The notes: generated by a model not told the origin, from the letters alone. Shown: positions 16,070 through 25,784, counted from the stretch's first letter. The stretch: DNA of 64,000 nt from Candidatus Saccharimonadota bacterium (GCA_031973215.1 DALYDK010000002.1:63276-127275); one strand, 5' to 3'. Program-made: numbers and translations.

Positions 16070-16864
16070 ATGAATCTGTTCATATTTGAATTAAAATCGA
16101 ACCTAAAGTACACAATTATATGGGCTTTAGCCGTTTCAATTACTGCAGTGGGCTTTTTGCTAATGTTCCCTTCTTTTAGTAATGATATAGATACTGCAAA
16201 ATCTGTAATAGAAAAACTACCCCTAGGCATTAGACGCGCTATGAATGTCAATTTGGATACTTTTTTTTCTTTGGCTGGATTTTATAGCTATATTTTAAAT
16301 TTTATTCTTTTGGCTAGCTCAATAATGTCACTGAATTTAAGTCTCAAGCTATTTTCTGAAGAATCATCAATTAAAACGGCAGATTTTTTACTTACCAAAC
16401 CCATAAGCAGACCAAAAATATTCTTGGCTAAATTTATGAGTGGAATTTCTTTGTTGGTTATATATAACCTTATTTACTGGTTAATGGTTTTGTTTACTAC
16501 TTCAATTCTTAATAACAACGAAAACAATATATTGGTTTTTGTCCTAATTAACTTTTCACTATTATTGGTTCAGCTATTATTTTTTGCTTTAGGTTCGTTA
16601 ATTGGGTCGGCTAAGAGCAGATTGAAAACAACCATTTCTACAGCCATGCCAGTAGTGTTTGCGTTCTTTGTATTTGCTGCTCTAGATAGTGCAATTAGCA
16701 GTATTAAACTATCAGAATTTTCTCCATTTAGTTTTTTTAACCGTAATTTTATTATTGAAAATTTATCTCTTGAAACTAAATACCTAGTTATATCTACAGT
16801 ACTGTTTACTGTTCTAACTTTTTTGGGACTAACGCTTTTTAATAAAAAGGATATGAAATTCTAA
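16070..16864 (+). CDS. ABC-2 type transporter permease (copy 1)
   Basis: 264 aa, 6 TM. The start codon directly follows the ATPase stop. N-terminus MNLFIFELK parallels the next gene. Confidence 0.75.
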   Translation: MNLFIFELKSNLKYTIIWALAVSITAVGFLLMFPSFSNDIDTAKSVIEKLPLGIRRAMNVNLDTFFSLAGFYSYILNFILLASSIMSLNLSLKLFSEESSIKTADFLLTKPISRPKIFLAKFMSGISLLVIYNLIYWLMVLFTTSILNNNENNILVFVLINFSLLLVQLLFFALGSLIGSAKSRLKTTISTAMPVVFAFFVFAALDSAISSIKLSEFSPFSFFNRNFIIENLSLETKYLVISTVLFTVLTFLGLTLFNKKDMKF

Positions 16865-17659
16865 ATGAATCTAATAATATTTGAAATTAAAGGTCATCTA
16901 AAATCTTTCGTCCTATGGTCGGCGGGCATGATTTTTCTCATTTACTCAGGCATGGCCAAGCTTCAGGCATACGAACAGTCAGGACAGTCTATTAATGAGT
17001 TGTTCCAGTCAATGCCAGGTATATTTAAGGCACTTTTTGGTATTTCTGATTATGACTTAAGTACAGCCGAAGGTTTTTTTGTAATGCTGTTTTTATACAT
17101 ATTGTTATTGATTGCACTTTATGCAAGCACTCTAGGGTCTGAAATTATTGCTAAAGAATCCAGAGACAAAACTAATGAGTTTTTATTATCTAAGCCTATT
17201 TCTAGACAAAAAATATTATGGCAAAAAGCGTTAGCTGGCTTAATTATTCTTGGATTATTTATAATCATCACTACTGTATTTTCGGTGTTTATTGTAGATA
17301 TCTTCAATAAGGGTCCATCCATAAGCTCAGAAATTTGGTATTTATCGTTTTCTATGATTGCGGTAGGTTTATTTTTTTACAGTCTTGGAGTATTTATTGC
17401 CAGTTCAATTAAGAACAAAAAAAACGCTAGCCAAATTGCAGTCGCTAGTGTACTAGCTAGTTATTTGGTTTTTGTAATTTACAAGTTGTTGCCCGACTTA
17501 AGCATTATTAAATATATTAGTATTTTTGATATTTTCGAAGCAGGAAGAATATTACAAAACGGCTACTCATTAGTCGCTGGAATAATTGTTGCCATAATTA
17601 TTTGCCTCTTACTTCTTTTTGCTTCTATAAATTACAAAAAAATTGAACAGTCTTTTTAG
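16865..17659 (+). CDS. ABC-2 type transporter permease (copy 2)
   Basis: 264 aa, the same length and architecture as copy 1 (MNLIIFEIK...LLSKPISRQKI versus LLTKPISRPKI). Confidence 0.75.
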   Translation: MNLIIFEIKGHLKSFVLWSAGMIFLIYSGMAKLQAYEQSGQSINELFQSMPGIFKALFGISDYDLSTAEGFFVMLFLYILLLIALYASTLGSEIIAKESRDKTNEFLLSKPISRQKILWQKALAGLIILGLFIIITTVFSVFIVDIFNKGPSISSEIWYLSFSMIAVGLFFYSLGVFIASSIKNKKNASQIAVASVLASYLVFVIYKLLPDLSIIKYISIFDIFEAGRILQNGYSLVAGIIVAIIICLLLLFASINYKKIEQSF

Positions 17660-17723
17660 TTAGTTTAATGTTTGACACCTAGGCGTATAATGAAATTAGA
17701 ACTATAACCCTAAGGAGTTAACC

Positions 17724-18599
17724 ATGCCAAAAAAAGAAACGCTTCGCAAGATGGGCGTTGTAAGGTCAGGTGCTGTTTCTGGTACGTATAAAAACGCAAA
17801 AGATAGACCCACAGAACTACAGATGGACGATGTTTATGATGCAGAAAAAGATTTGGTAGGCGGAGATAAGATTAAAAAGCAATCTGAACCTCCAGAAAAT
17901 AATAATTCTTCAGGAAAGAATAATAAGACTAATCCTCTTGCAATTATTGGCTTTATATTAGCCTTTTTCTTACCTTTAATTGGTTTTATTTTGTCTTTAA
18001 TTGGATTAATACAAATTAATAAAAAGAAAGAAAATGGCAAGGGTTTAGCAATTGCCGGTATTGTTGTTTCCTGTGTTATTGCCGTTCTGCATTTAATACT
18101 AACTATTGCAATAATCGCGGCTATTGTTTCTTCTGATAACTTAACGCTTCAAGAATATAAAGACGCTAGCGTCGGCTACACTGTAAAATACCCAGAAGGC
18201 TGGACGATTAGCCCGCAAGCTGAAGATGGAGCTAAGGGAGTTATTATTAGTGATAAATACAAAGACACTGGCAAGGTTTACGGCCAGGTTGAAGTTGCTC
18301 ATATAGATGCACCACCAAACGGTTATTCTAAAGATGTTCTAGTGGCTATATCTGATGCTTTAAAAAAAGACAATCAAGGCACGGTCGTAAATTATGAGTC
18401 TCGGCAAAAGAAAAACGGCGTAGATTCAATTACCTTAATAGTCACCTATAACGGAGAGACTGGAAAAGTAAAAGCAAAACATACCATAATATTAAATAAA
18501 GATAATTCAGTTTACACAGTTTCTACCCAAAGCCCAGAAGAAAACTGGGAAAAATATCAAGATTCTTTCGACGAAATTCATAATACATTTAATTTCTAA
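17724..18599 (+). CDS. DUF4190-type membrane protein with extracellular PsbP/DcrB-like domain
   Basis: TAAGGAG RBS. Two TM helices (NPLAIIGFILAFFLPLIGFILSLIG; GLAIAGIVVSCVIAVLHLI). C-terminal YTVKYPEGWTISPQ-type domain. Confidence 0.6.
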   Translation: MPKKETLRKMGVVRSGAVSGTYKNAKDRPTELQMDDVYDAEKDLVGGDKIKKQSEPPENNNSSGKNNKTNPLAIIGFILAFFLPLIGFILSLIGLIQINKKKENGKGLAIAGIVVSCVIAVLHLILTIAIIAAIVSSDNLTLQEYKDASVGYTVKYPEGWTISPQAEDGAKGVIISDKYKDTGKVYGQVEVAHIDAPPNGYSKDVLVAISDALKKDNQGTVVNYESRQKKNGVDSITLIVTYNGETGKVKAKHTIILNKDNSVYTVSTQSPEENWEKYQDSFDEIHNTFNF

Positions 18600-20002
18600 C
18601 AGGGCTTGATCCATTTGTTTTGATATTCAGCTACATTCAATTTTTTCTTCAAGCCTTCGTAGTTCATGTATCTAATTTTTCCGAATATTGGCCTGTCGAA
18701 CCATGGTCTGTCGTGAATTCCCATTATTGACCAAGCGACTCCTGTGTAGCCATTTGGGTCTCCACCGTCTATAGAATATTTATCGTTTAAAAAATTTGCC
18801 GTTTTAATAGCTTGCTCGGGGCTTACTGACCATTCTAAAATTTTTTTAGCCCAGTACATTCTCATGTAACCGTGCATTTTGCCGGTTATTCGCATTTGAT
18901 TCTGGGCAGCGTTCCATGCCGGGTCTGCCGTTAGGCAATTTTCTAATTCAGTTATACTGTAAATATGCTCTCTTGTATCTAGTTCTGCCTGAGTAAGAGT
19001 GCTTAACGCCCATGGCTTAGCTCCTAAAATATTGTTGTAGTTTGAATTATAAAAACAGTAGTTTTCTGCCAATTCTTTTCTTACTACAATTTCTTCAATT
19101 AATGCGTTAACACTATCTTCTAAGCTCGGCGGGTTGTTTTCGGAGCGTGCAAGCCTATGCTGCAAAGTTAAAAGCGGAGGTTCTTTCATAAGCTTAGATA
19201 ATTCTAGTACAACCCTTAAAGACGAAATAAATCCATAATGTAAGTATGGGCTGAGGTTTGTCTGAGCGTTTTGAGTAGGATCGTTTCTATACAATGCATA
19301 TAAATTAATGTTTTTTACTGCAATATTAAGCAGAATGTGTGCCGCATTCTCACCAGACTTAAAAGTAATATTTGTTCCGCTAGCCTGCAGATTATTAACT
19401 TCAGCCCTTGCGCTGGAAAAACTATTGGTATTAAGTTTTTGCGCTGAGCTGTATTTATGAATTTTTAACTTAGTAGGTTCAACAAAATAATTATTAATTA
19501 ATTTAGTAACTTTATATCTTATGGTGTGAGCGGCAAATTCTTCTTTAGAAGACAATATCCATGCAGGAATTATGTTGTGAGCATCTACAGTGAAAACTGG
19601 AACGACGGTTTGTTTTGCAATATTTTTCTGAATTGCTCTTGGTCTGTTTAGTGGGCAAAAATCAAAATAAATAGCTATTGGATTTAGTTCGTTAATTAGA
19701 TTTTGGTAGACTGCTTGGCGACTTCCAATTCTTAGAATAAATTTAATGTTTAGCTTTTCTAATTTATTAGAAAATTCTTCGAGCCCATCTAGCAAAAACT
19801 CAAAATGTTCCTTAGATCTGCTTTTTATTTGTGTATCTAGCGCAAAACAAACAATGAGTGGCATTTTATGTTCTGTAGCTTTTTGCTGAGCAGCTAATAG
19901 AGCAAAATTGTCATTGACCCTAATGTCTCGGCTTACAAAATATATAACACATTTTCCGTCTGATAGTTTTTCTTTATTAAGCTGTATTATTCTGGTCTCC
20001 AC
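18596..20002 (-). CDS. Deoxyribodipyrimidine (CPD) photolyase, class II-type
   Basis: 468 aa. N-terminal alpha/beta domain (VIYFVSRDIRVNDNFALL). C-terminal FAD domain GKMHGYMRMYWAKKILEW, DPNGYTGVAWSIMGIHDRPW. Confidence 0.85.
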   Translation of the reverse strand: METRIIQLNKEKLSDGKCVIYFVSRDIRVNDNFALLAAQQKATEHKMPLIVCFALDTQIKSRSKEHFEFLLDGLEEFSNKLEKLNIKFILRIGSRQAVYQNLINELNPIAIYFDFCPLNRPRAIQKNIAKQTVVPVFTVDAHNIIPAWILSSKEEFAAHTIRYKVTKLINNYFVEPTKLKIHKYSSAQKLNTNSFSSARAEVNNLQASGTNITFKSGENAAHILLNIAVKNINLYALYRNDPTQNAQTNLSPYLHYGFISSLRVVLELSKLMKEPPLLTLQHRLARSENNPPSLEDSVNALIEEIVVRKELAENYCFYNSNYNNILGAKPWALSTLTQAELDTREHIYSITELENCLTADPAWNAAQNQMRITGKMHGYMRMYWAKKILEWSVSPEQAIKTANFLNDKYSIDGGDPNGYTGVAWSIMGIHDRPWFDRPIFGKIRYMNYEGLKKKLNVAEYQNKWIKPC

Positions 20003-20088
20003 CTTGGATATTCTAACTAAAATTTTGACAATTTTCCCACTGTTTTTTCAAAAGTTGCTGTCCTATAATTTTTTATATAGGAGATAAT

Positions 20089-22701
20089 ATGGATTATTGT
20101 GATATTTGCAGGGTGCGTCCTGCCGTCTATAAAATAAGGTTAACCTCTAATGGTCAATCGACCATTATGAATGTTTGCGATGTAGATTACGCTCAAATTC
20201 AGCGTACTCAATTTGGTAATGGGGGTGCGTATTTCGATGACCCAACTGCGACACAAAATTTTAGATCCCAAAAAGAATCACTCGACATAGAAGAGCTACT
20301 CAGTGAAAATTCCAAAAAAATCCTCCAGGAAGCAGGTGCTTTTGCCGTGTCTAATAAAAGAAGTTCAATTGATACCGAAGATCTTTTATACGCCCTGTGC
20401 GATGACAAGGTAACTGAAAAAATAATGAAAACATTAAGTATTAAACCTGCGGATATTAAGGGCTATATTGAAGCAAACACATCCAAAGGTTCAGTCTCGA
20501 GTAATGGTGAAATTAATATTACACCAAGAGTCAAAAAGGTATTTGAGCTAGCACTAGAAGCATCTAGGGATATGAATCATAGCTATATTGGACCAGAACA
20601 TTTATTGATTGGTCTTTCCGAAGAGCCCGACGGTATGGCCGGTGATATTTTAAAAAAATACGGCTTAAAGCCAACTAGTGTTCGCCAACAAACCTTGTCG
20701 GTCGTTGGCAAAGGAGCTAAAGAAGGTAACATAGCAGAAGAAAGCGAAACACCAAACTTAGACAAATACTCTCGGGATCTGACTCAGCTTGCCAGGAACG
20801 GGAAAATAGACCCAGTCATTGGAAGGCAAAAAGAAATTGACTCAACAATAGAAATTTTAGCCCGTAGAACAAAGAATAACCCAGCCTTAATTGGAGAACC
20901 GGGCGTAGGAAAAACTTCAATTGTCGAAGGATTGGCTCAAAAAATTGTTAATAATAAAGTTCCCGAAGTACTAAAGGATAAAAGAGTCATAGAGCTAAGT
21001 CTTGTGTCTTTAATGGCTGGTGCAAAATATAAAGGTGAATTCGAAGAAAGGCTAAAAAATGTTCTTGATGAAATTACCAAAAATAAAGACAACTTAATTG
21101 TTTTTATAGATGAACTTCATACTGTTGTTGCCACTGGCGGAGGAGAAGACAGTGGTGGTCTTAATGTTAGCAATGCCATGAAACCCGCCCTAGCTCGCGG
21201 CGAATTGAACCTAATTGGAGCAACCACACTTAATGAATATCAGAAATATATAGAAAAAGACTCTGCCCTAGAAAGACGGTTTCAGCCGGTTTTTGTACCT
21301 GAACCAACTGAGTCTCAAGCAATTGAAATACTTAGAGGTTTGCGCGATAAATATGAAGCACATCATGGAATTAATATAAGTGACGAGGCAATCGTATCTT
21401 CAGTTGAGCTATCGTCGAGATATCTCACAAATAGGTTCTTACCTGACAAAGCTATTGACCTTCTAGACCAAGCAGCTGCAAGAGTAAGAGTCAGAAGAGA
21501 TTCGCAAAGCCTTGAGATGGCTGAAATTAATGACGACATAGCAAAGACCCAAAGAGAAAGAGACCAAGCTCAAAATCGTAAGGAATACGATGTAGCCAAA
21601 GAATTAACCAATAAAATAGATAAGTTAACTGAATCAAAAGAAAATCTAGAAGATAAAATGCGCAAAGAACGAAACACCGCCGAGCTAATAGTGGACTCTA
21701 AAGATATAGCATCAGTGGTTAGTACAATGACGGGCATACCCGTTAAGTCATTAACCGATGAGGAAAAAAAGCAGTTACTAGAAATGGAAAAGCAGCTACA
21801 AAGCAGAGTTATCGGCCAAGACGATGCCGTGGTGGCCGTATCTAATGCTGTTCGACTTTCAAGGGCTGGGTTAAATAAAAAGAAACGGCCAATTGCCTCA
21901 TTTATGTTCTTGGGTCCAACAGGAGTAGGCAAAACGGAGCTGGCCAAAACTCTGGCCTGGGCAGTATTCGATGACGAAGATAATATCGTCAGAATTGATA
22001 TGAGCGAGTATATGGAAAAGCATTCCGTAGCAAGATTAATTGGAGCTCCCCCAGGATATGTAGGATATGATGAGGGCGGACAGCTAACAGAAAAGGTCAA
22101 AAGGCGACCATACAGCGTAATATTGCTAGACGAAATAGAAAAGGCTCACGGCGATATTCAGAATATATTACTTCAAATTTTAGACGACGGCCGTCTTACG
22201 GACGGAAAAGGCCGCGTAGTTGACTTCTCTAATACAATAATTATTGCAACCAGTAACCTTGGGTCAAAGGAAATACAAAAAGCACTAGCCAATAATCCAA
22301 AAGCCAATGGTAATAGCCTAAAAGAGATAGTTGAACCGGCAATTAGATCACATTTTAAGCCAGAGTTTATTAATAGATGGGACGAGATAGTGGTTTTCCG
22401 CCCACTTAATGAATCTGAAATTGAAAAAATTGTTGAGCTTCAGCTGGCATCGTTAAGACAAATGGCACTTGGCCAAAACATTGAATTAATTTTCAGTAAA
22501 AATCTTATAAAAGAATTTGCCAAACGCGGATACAAGCCAGAATATGGAGCCCGTGAGCTAAGGAGAGAAATAAGATCAATACTAGAAAACGAACTAGCAA
22601 AACAAATTTTATCAGGTGATATTATTAGCGGAGATATTGTTGAGGTTAATTATAATAATGATTCCCTGAACTTTAATAAAAAGAAGGTTTCAAAAAAATA
22701 A
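20089..22701 (+). CDS. clpC: ClpC/ClpB-family AAA+ chaperone with N-terminal McsA-like zinc-finger segment
   Basis: 870 aa with Clp_N repeats. D1: GEPGVGKTS / FIDELH. Short coiled-coil middle domain. D2: GPTGVGKTE / ILLDEIEKAH. N-terminal YCDICRVRPAVY...NGQSTIMNVCDVDYAQ. Confidence 0.8.
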   Translation: MDYCDICRVRPAVYKIRLTSNGQSTIMNVCDVDYAQIQRTQFGNGGAYFDDPTATQNFRSQKESLDIEELLSENSKKILQEAGAFAVSNKRSSIDTEDLLYALCDDKVTEKIMKTLSIKPADIKGYIEANTSKGSVSSNGEINITPRVKKVFELALEASRDMNHSYIGPEHLLIGLSEEPDGMAGDILKKYGLKPTSVRQQTLSVVGKGAKEGNIAEESETPNLDKYSRDLTQLARNGKIDPVIGRQKEIDSTIEILARRTKNNPALIGEPGVGKTSIVEGLAQKIVNNKVPEVLKDKRVIELSLVSLMAGAKYKGEFEERLKNVLDEITKNKDNLIVFIDELHTVVATGGGEDSGGLNVSNAMKPALARGELNLIGATTLNEYQKYIEKDSALERRFQPVFVPEPTESQAIEILRGLRDKYEAHHGINISDEAIVSSVELSSRYLTNRFLPDKAIDLLDQAAARVRVRRDSQSLEMAEINDDIAKTQRERDQAQNRKEYDVAKELTNKIDKLTESKENLEDKMRKERNTAELIVDSKDIASVVSTMTGIPVKSLTDEEKKQLLEMEKQLQSRVIGQDDAVVAVSNAVRLSRAGLNKKKRPIASFMFLGPTGVGKTELAKTLAWAVFDDEDNIVRIDMSEYMEKHSVARLIGAPPGYVGYDEGGQLTEKVKRRPYSVILLDEIEKAHGDIQNILLQILDDGRLTDGKGRVVDFSNTIIIATSNLGSKEIQKALANNPKANGNSLKEIVEPAIRSHFKPEFINRWDEIVVFRPLNESEIEKIVELQLASLRQMALGQNIELIFSKNLIKEFAKRGYKPEYGARELRREIRSILENELAKQILSGDIISGDIVEVNYNNDSLNFNKKKVSKK

Positions 22702-22704
22702 AAT

Positions 22705-22736
22705 CGGCGGTATTTAAGTACCGCCGAAATATTTTT
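22705..22736. terminator. Bidirectional intrinsic terminator between convergent genes
   Basis: CGGCGGTA-tttaag-TACCGCCG, flanked by an A-run upstream and AAATATTTTT downstream. Confidence 0.75.
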
Positions 22737-22748
22737 GATTACTATTGA

Positions 22749-23153
22749 TTAATCGGCTAGTTCGTCTCCGTGAACTACAAGTGCGTAAATAACTAGAACG
22801 TCCACGACTATTACAACGAGCGACCATACCGGGTACACAGGTAGCCAAGCAAAGTTCCAGACCGCGCTAAGACCAGCTAGTAAAACACCCATAACTCGAG
22901 CCCAAGTTTGGCCGGTTAGTATTCCATAACCAACTAGAATAAGAAGTAATCCACCTACGAGATGCACCCATCCCCAACTAGTTAAGTCAAGAAGCCATAT
23001 GTTTTTTACTCCGAAAAACACAACTTCGTCTTTAAACAGAGCAACAATACCTGCGATTGCCTGAAATGTACCTACTAATACACTTAATATTCCGGCAAAA
23101 GCCGCCCATCCTGCCCAGCCACTTACCTCTTTTGTACTATCCTTTTTTGCCAC
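22749..23153 (-). CDS. Small integral membrane protein (Trp-rich, 4 TM)
   Basis: 134 aa. WAGWAAFAGILSVLVG, TSWGWVHLVGGLLLILVG, WNFAWLPVYPVWSLVVIVVD. No family confidently recognised. Confidence 0.55.
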   Translation of the reverse strand: MAKKDSTKEVSGWAGWAAFAGILSVLVGTFQAIAGIVALFKDEVVFFGVKNIWLLDLTSWGWVHLVGGLLLILVGYGILTGQTWARVMGVLLAGLSAVWNFAWLPVYPVWSLVVIVVDVLVIYALVVHGDELAD

Positions 23154-23302
23154 AGTTTTACCTCCTAATTAATATCTCTGTAACTTAAATATATTTCTAA
23201 GAATCTTTTTTTACAATATTGTTTTTTACTTATATATATTTGATTTACTACTTACAAGCTCTATTGTTTGCTATAATTCAAAGATAGTCCTAAAAAATAA
23301 AA

Positions 23303-24682
23303 ATGCAAACAGTAAAATACCCATCAAAAACGGTCAAAAAAATTGAAAAAGATATACTAAAGTCCGAAAAATTTGCCGTTAATCTGACCAAAAGTCTTCT
23401 AAACTACAAAAAATACAATAGATTCTTAAGAATTTTAGGTCCTGGGCTAGTAACCGGTGCGGCAGACGATGACCCGAGTGGAGTAGCAACATATTCTCAG
23501 GCTGGCGCGATTTTTGGTTTTGGCCTTTTGTGGGCTTTCCCGTTAAAATTTCCGCTGCTGGTTGCCGTACAGGAAACATGCGCCAAAATAGGAGCAGTAA
23601 CTGGCCATGGATTAGCCGCAATTATCAAGGATCATTACAATAAGAGGCTTTTGGCTGCCGTAGTCAGTTTGGTAGTAATTGCAAACACCATAAATATTGG
23701 CGCCGACATTGGAGCCATGGCAGCAACCGCCCAATTATTAGTACCTTTGTCTTATTCTGCTTTGGCTATTGGTTTTGCAGTAGTAATTGTAATTTTACAA
23801 ATTTTTGTAAAATACAGAACATATTCCCGAATCCTAAAGTGGCTTTCAATTGTTCTAATAGCCTATCCCTTGACCGCAATAATGGTAGGTGTGGATTGGA
23901 TAGAGGCCATAAAAGCATCTTTCACTCCTGACTTTCATCTTTCTAATGCAGAGCTGTATATGCTGGTAGCTATGCTTGGTACAACTATTAGCCCTTACTT
24001 ATTTTTTTGGGACACCTCCGAAAATGTTGAAGAAGAAATACTACACAAACGGCTGGCTCAAAACCAACAAAACTTACCAAAAATATCCAAAAAATTTATT
24101 AAAAAGATAAAGATTGATAATTATGCAGGCATGACCATTGCACTAGTAAGCGCTTGGTTTATTGTGGTTGCCTGTGCATCAGCCCTAAACGCCAACGGAA
24201 TTACAGAAATTAATACTGCAGCAGATGCAGCCAAAGCTTTTGAGCCATTGCTTGCTGGAACTGGTAACGCTGGGCTATGGTCTAAAATTCTTTTTTCCGT
24301 AGGAATAATTGGTATTGGGCTGCTTGCAGTTCCAGTACTAGCCGGATCTAGCGCCTATGCCCTAAGTGAATCTCTTGGCTGGAAAGAGGGTTTATACAGA
24401 AAATACAAAAAGGCGAGTGGTTTTTATAGCATTATTGCCATTTCCACAATTATTGGATTGCTAATTAATTTTCTTGGTATAGATCCAATTAAGGCTTTAA
24501 TTTTTTCCGCAGTCTTTAATGCCATGGCTGCAGTTCCCTTGCTTTTCATTCTTGCACGAATAGGTTCCAGGAGCGATATTATGGGTGATTATAAAAACAG
24601 CCGACTAATATCTGGCCTAGTCTGGCTGTCTTTCGTTGTAATGGCAATTTCTTGTATATTTTTAGCTTTAAGCTACCTATAG
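23303..24682 (+). CDS. NRAMP-family divalent metal cation transporter
   Basis: 459 aa, about 11 TM. LGPGLVTGAADDDPSGVATYSQAGA is an NRAMP-family signature region. Confidence 0.8.
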   Translation: MQTVKYPSKTVKKIEKDILKSEKFAVNLTKSLLNYKKYNRFLRILGPGLVTGAADDDPSGVATYSQAGAIFGFGLLWAFPLKFPLLVAVQETCAKIGAVTGHGLAAIIKDHYNKRLLAAVVSLVVIANTINIGADIGAMAATAQLLVPLSYSALAIGFAVVIVILQIFVKYRTYSRILKWLSIVLIAYPLTAIMVGVDWIEAIKASFTPDFHLSNAELYMLVAMLGTTISPYLFFWDTSENVEEEILHKRLAQNQQNLPKISKKFIKKIKIDNYAGMTIALVSAWFIVVACASALNANGITEINTAADAAKAFEPLLAGTGNAGLWSKILFSVGIIGIGLLAVPVLAGSSAYALSESLGWKEGLYRKYKKASGFYSIIAISTIIGLLINFLGIDPIKALIFSAVFNAMAAVPLLFILARIGSRSDIMGDYKNSRLISGLVWLSFVVMAISCIFLALSYL

Positions 24683-25072
24683 TAGCCCCATATTTTTCAT
24701 TTGTGACAATCCGCCAAGATTAACTACATTGACGTATCCCTGTGACTCCAAAGTATTTTTGACCTGAGTTGCCCTGTTGCCAGAGCGACAGTATAAATAT
24801 ATTTTTGTGTCTTTTGGTATGTTGGGCATCTCGCCTTGGTCAATGCGAACCGAATCAAAATTTACTGCCTCGGCAGAATGACCTGAATTAAACTCTTGCG
24901 GCGTCCTGACATCTAAAAGTACCGCTTTACCACTAGACACTTCTGAATTTATTTCAGATGATTTAGATTGACTCGGATTTTGACTTTGAGAATTTTGATT
25001 TGGCGCCAATATTAAGAATAGTACAAACCCTCCAACTAATATCAAAATTGAAATAATTAATATTTTTTTCAT
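24677..25072 (-). CDS. Rhodanese-domain sulfurtransferase, membrane-anchored/secreted
   Basis: N-terminal TM. VLLDVRTPQEFNSGHSAEAVNF and active-site loop YCRSGNRA. Confidence 0.85.
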   Translation of the reverse strand: MKKILIISILILVGGFVLFLILAPNQNSQSQNPSQSKSSEINSEVSSGKAVLLDVRTPQEFNSGHSAEAVNFDSVRIDQGEMPNIPKDTKIYLYCRSGNRATQVKNTLESQGYVNVVNLGGLSQMKNMGLL

Positions 25073-25076
25073 TGTA

Positions 25077-25328
25077 TTAAGATAATAATGCTCTCTGTAA
25101 TGATGCTACATCAAAACCAAGTACACCAAATTCTTGTCCATCTTCTTTTGTAATAACAGAAAACGGGACTCCCATTTGACCACTTTTGGCGACCATTTCT
25201 TGGGCATCTTGTTGGTTGAGGTCTACCCTTTTTTCGGTGAAATTAATTTTATTGTCTTCTAAATATTTCTTAAGCATTTTGCAGTATCCGCAGGTGGCCG
25301 TAGTGTAAACAGTTAGTTTTCTGGACAT
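25077..25328 (-). CDS. Glutaredoxin-like small redoxin (second copy)
   Basis: 83 aa. LTVYTTATCGYCKMLKKYL, VPFSV. Paralog of 1619..1867. Confidence 0.8.
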   Translation of the reverse strand: MSRKLTVYTTATCGYCKMLKKYLEDNKINFTEKRVDLNQQDAQEMVAKSGQMGVPFSVITKEDGQEFGVLGFDVASLQRALLS

Positions 25329-25353
25329 AAATATACCTTTCTTATAAATTATT

Positions 25354-25400
25354 ATTGTAAATTATTTACAATTGTATAATACACACAATTGATATATAAT
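25354..25400 (+). promoter_or_regulatory. Fur-box-like 9-1-9 palindrome overlapping the promoter of the Fur-family gene
   Basis: ATTGTAAAT-T-ATTTACAAT (25354-25372), then TTGTAT (25372-25377), a 17-nt spacer and TATAAT (25395-25400). The ATG at 25407 is 6 nt after the -10 and there is no SD, which implies a leaderless mRNA. Confidence 0.55.
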
Positions 25401-25406
25401 GCAAGC

Positions 25407-25784
25407 ATGAAAACTGACTTAAGGATGACGCCCCAAACTTTACTAGTGCTTCATGTATCAAAAAAACTTGGTCATTCCACAAACCATAGAATACTTACCG
25501 AATCAAGAAAAACGATGCCTAGTTTGAGCCCGACAACTGTACATAGAATTACTAAACGACTCATAGCAAATGGTCTGCTTGCAGACGGACCTAAAATCAA
25601 CGGACAAATATTAGTAGATGCTAACACTTCGCCTCACGATCATTTTTTATGCAACGACTGCGAGGGTATCAAAGATCTGACAATAAATGGTTCAATAAGA
25701 GACCAAATTAAAAAAGAGTTGGGTGTAAATAATTTACCCTCTAGCCTCACTATATACGGTGACTGTAAAAGGTGCTTATCCTAG
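25407..25784 (+). CDS. Fur-family transcriptional regulator (Fur/Zur/PerR type not resolved)
   Basis: Winged-helix part (RMTPQTLLVLHVSKKL...TVHRITKRLIANGLL) plus HDHFLCNDCEG and CKRC (two CxxC pairs). I chose the ATG at 25407 over the upstream TTG. Confidence 0.75.
   Translation: MKTDLRMTPQTLLVLHVSKKLGHSTNHRILTESRKTMPSLSPTTVHRITKRLIANGLLADGPKINGQILVDANTSPHDHFLCNDCEGIKDLTINGSIRDQIKKELGVNNLPSSLTIYGDCKRCLS

Noticed and set aside
17672-17691. Consensus TTGACA and TATAAT hexamers upstream of the gene at 17724.
   Set aside because: The two hexamers are only 8 nt apart, so they cannot work as one sigma70 promoter. The TATAAT may still serve as a -10 with an unrecognised -35, so no promoter feature was called.
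20003-20088. CtsR box or CIRCE element upstream of the clpC-like gene.
   Set aside because: There is only a single TTTGACA-like heptad and no tandem GGTCAAA repeat. There is no TTAGCACTC-N9-GAGTGCTAA inverted repeat.
22749-23153. The apparently higher G+C of this membrane-protein gene, and of the HdeD-like gene at 35133..35723, as a sign of recent transfer from a high-GC (actinobacterial) host.
   Set aside because: Both proteins are dominated by Gly/Ala/Val/Trp/Leu, whose codons raise GC irrespective of origin. I did not compute third-position GC or codon-usage deviation. There are no flanking mobility signatures.
23213-23222. Palindrome ACAATATTGT upstream of the NRAMP gene, as a possible metal-regulator site related to the Fur-like box half-sites (ATTGT/ACAAT).
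   Set aside because: It is only 10 bp in a very AT-rich spacer, its flanks are not symmetric, and the half-site orientation is inverted relative to the 25354 box. It is too weak to call without a genome-wide motif model.
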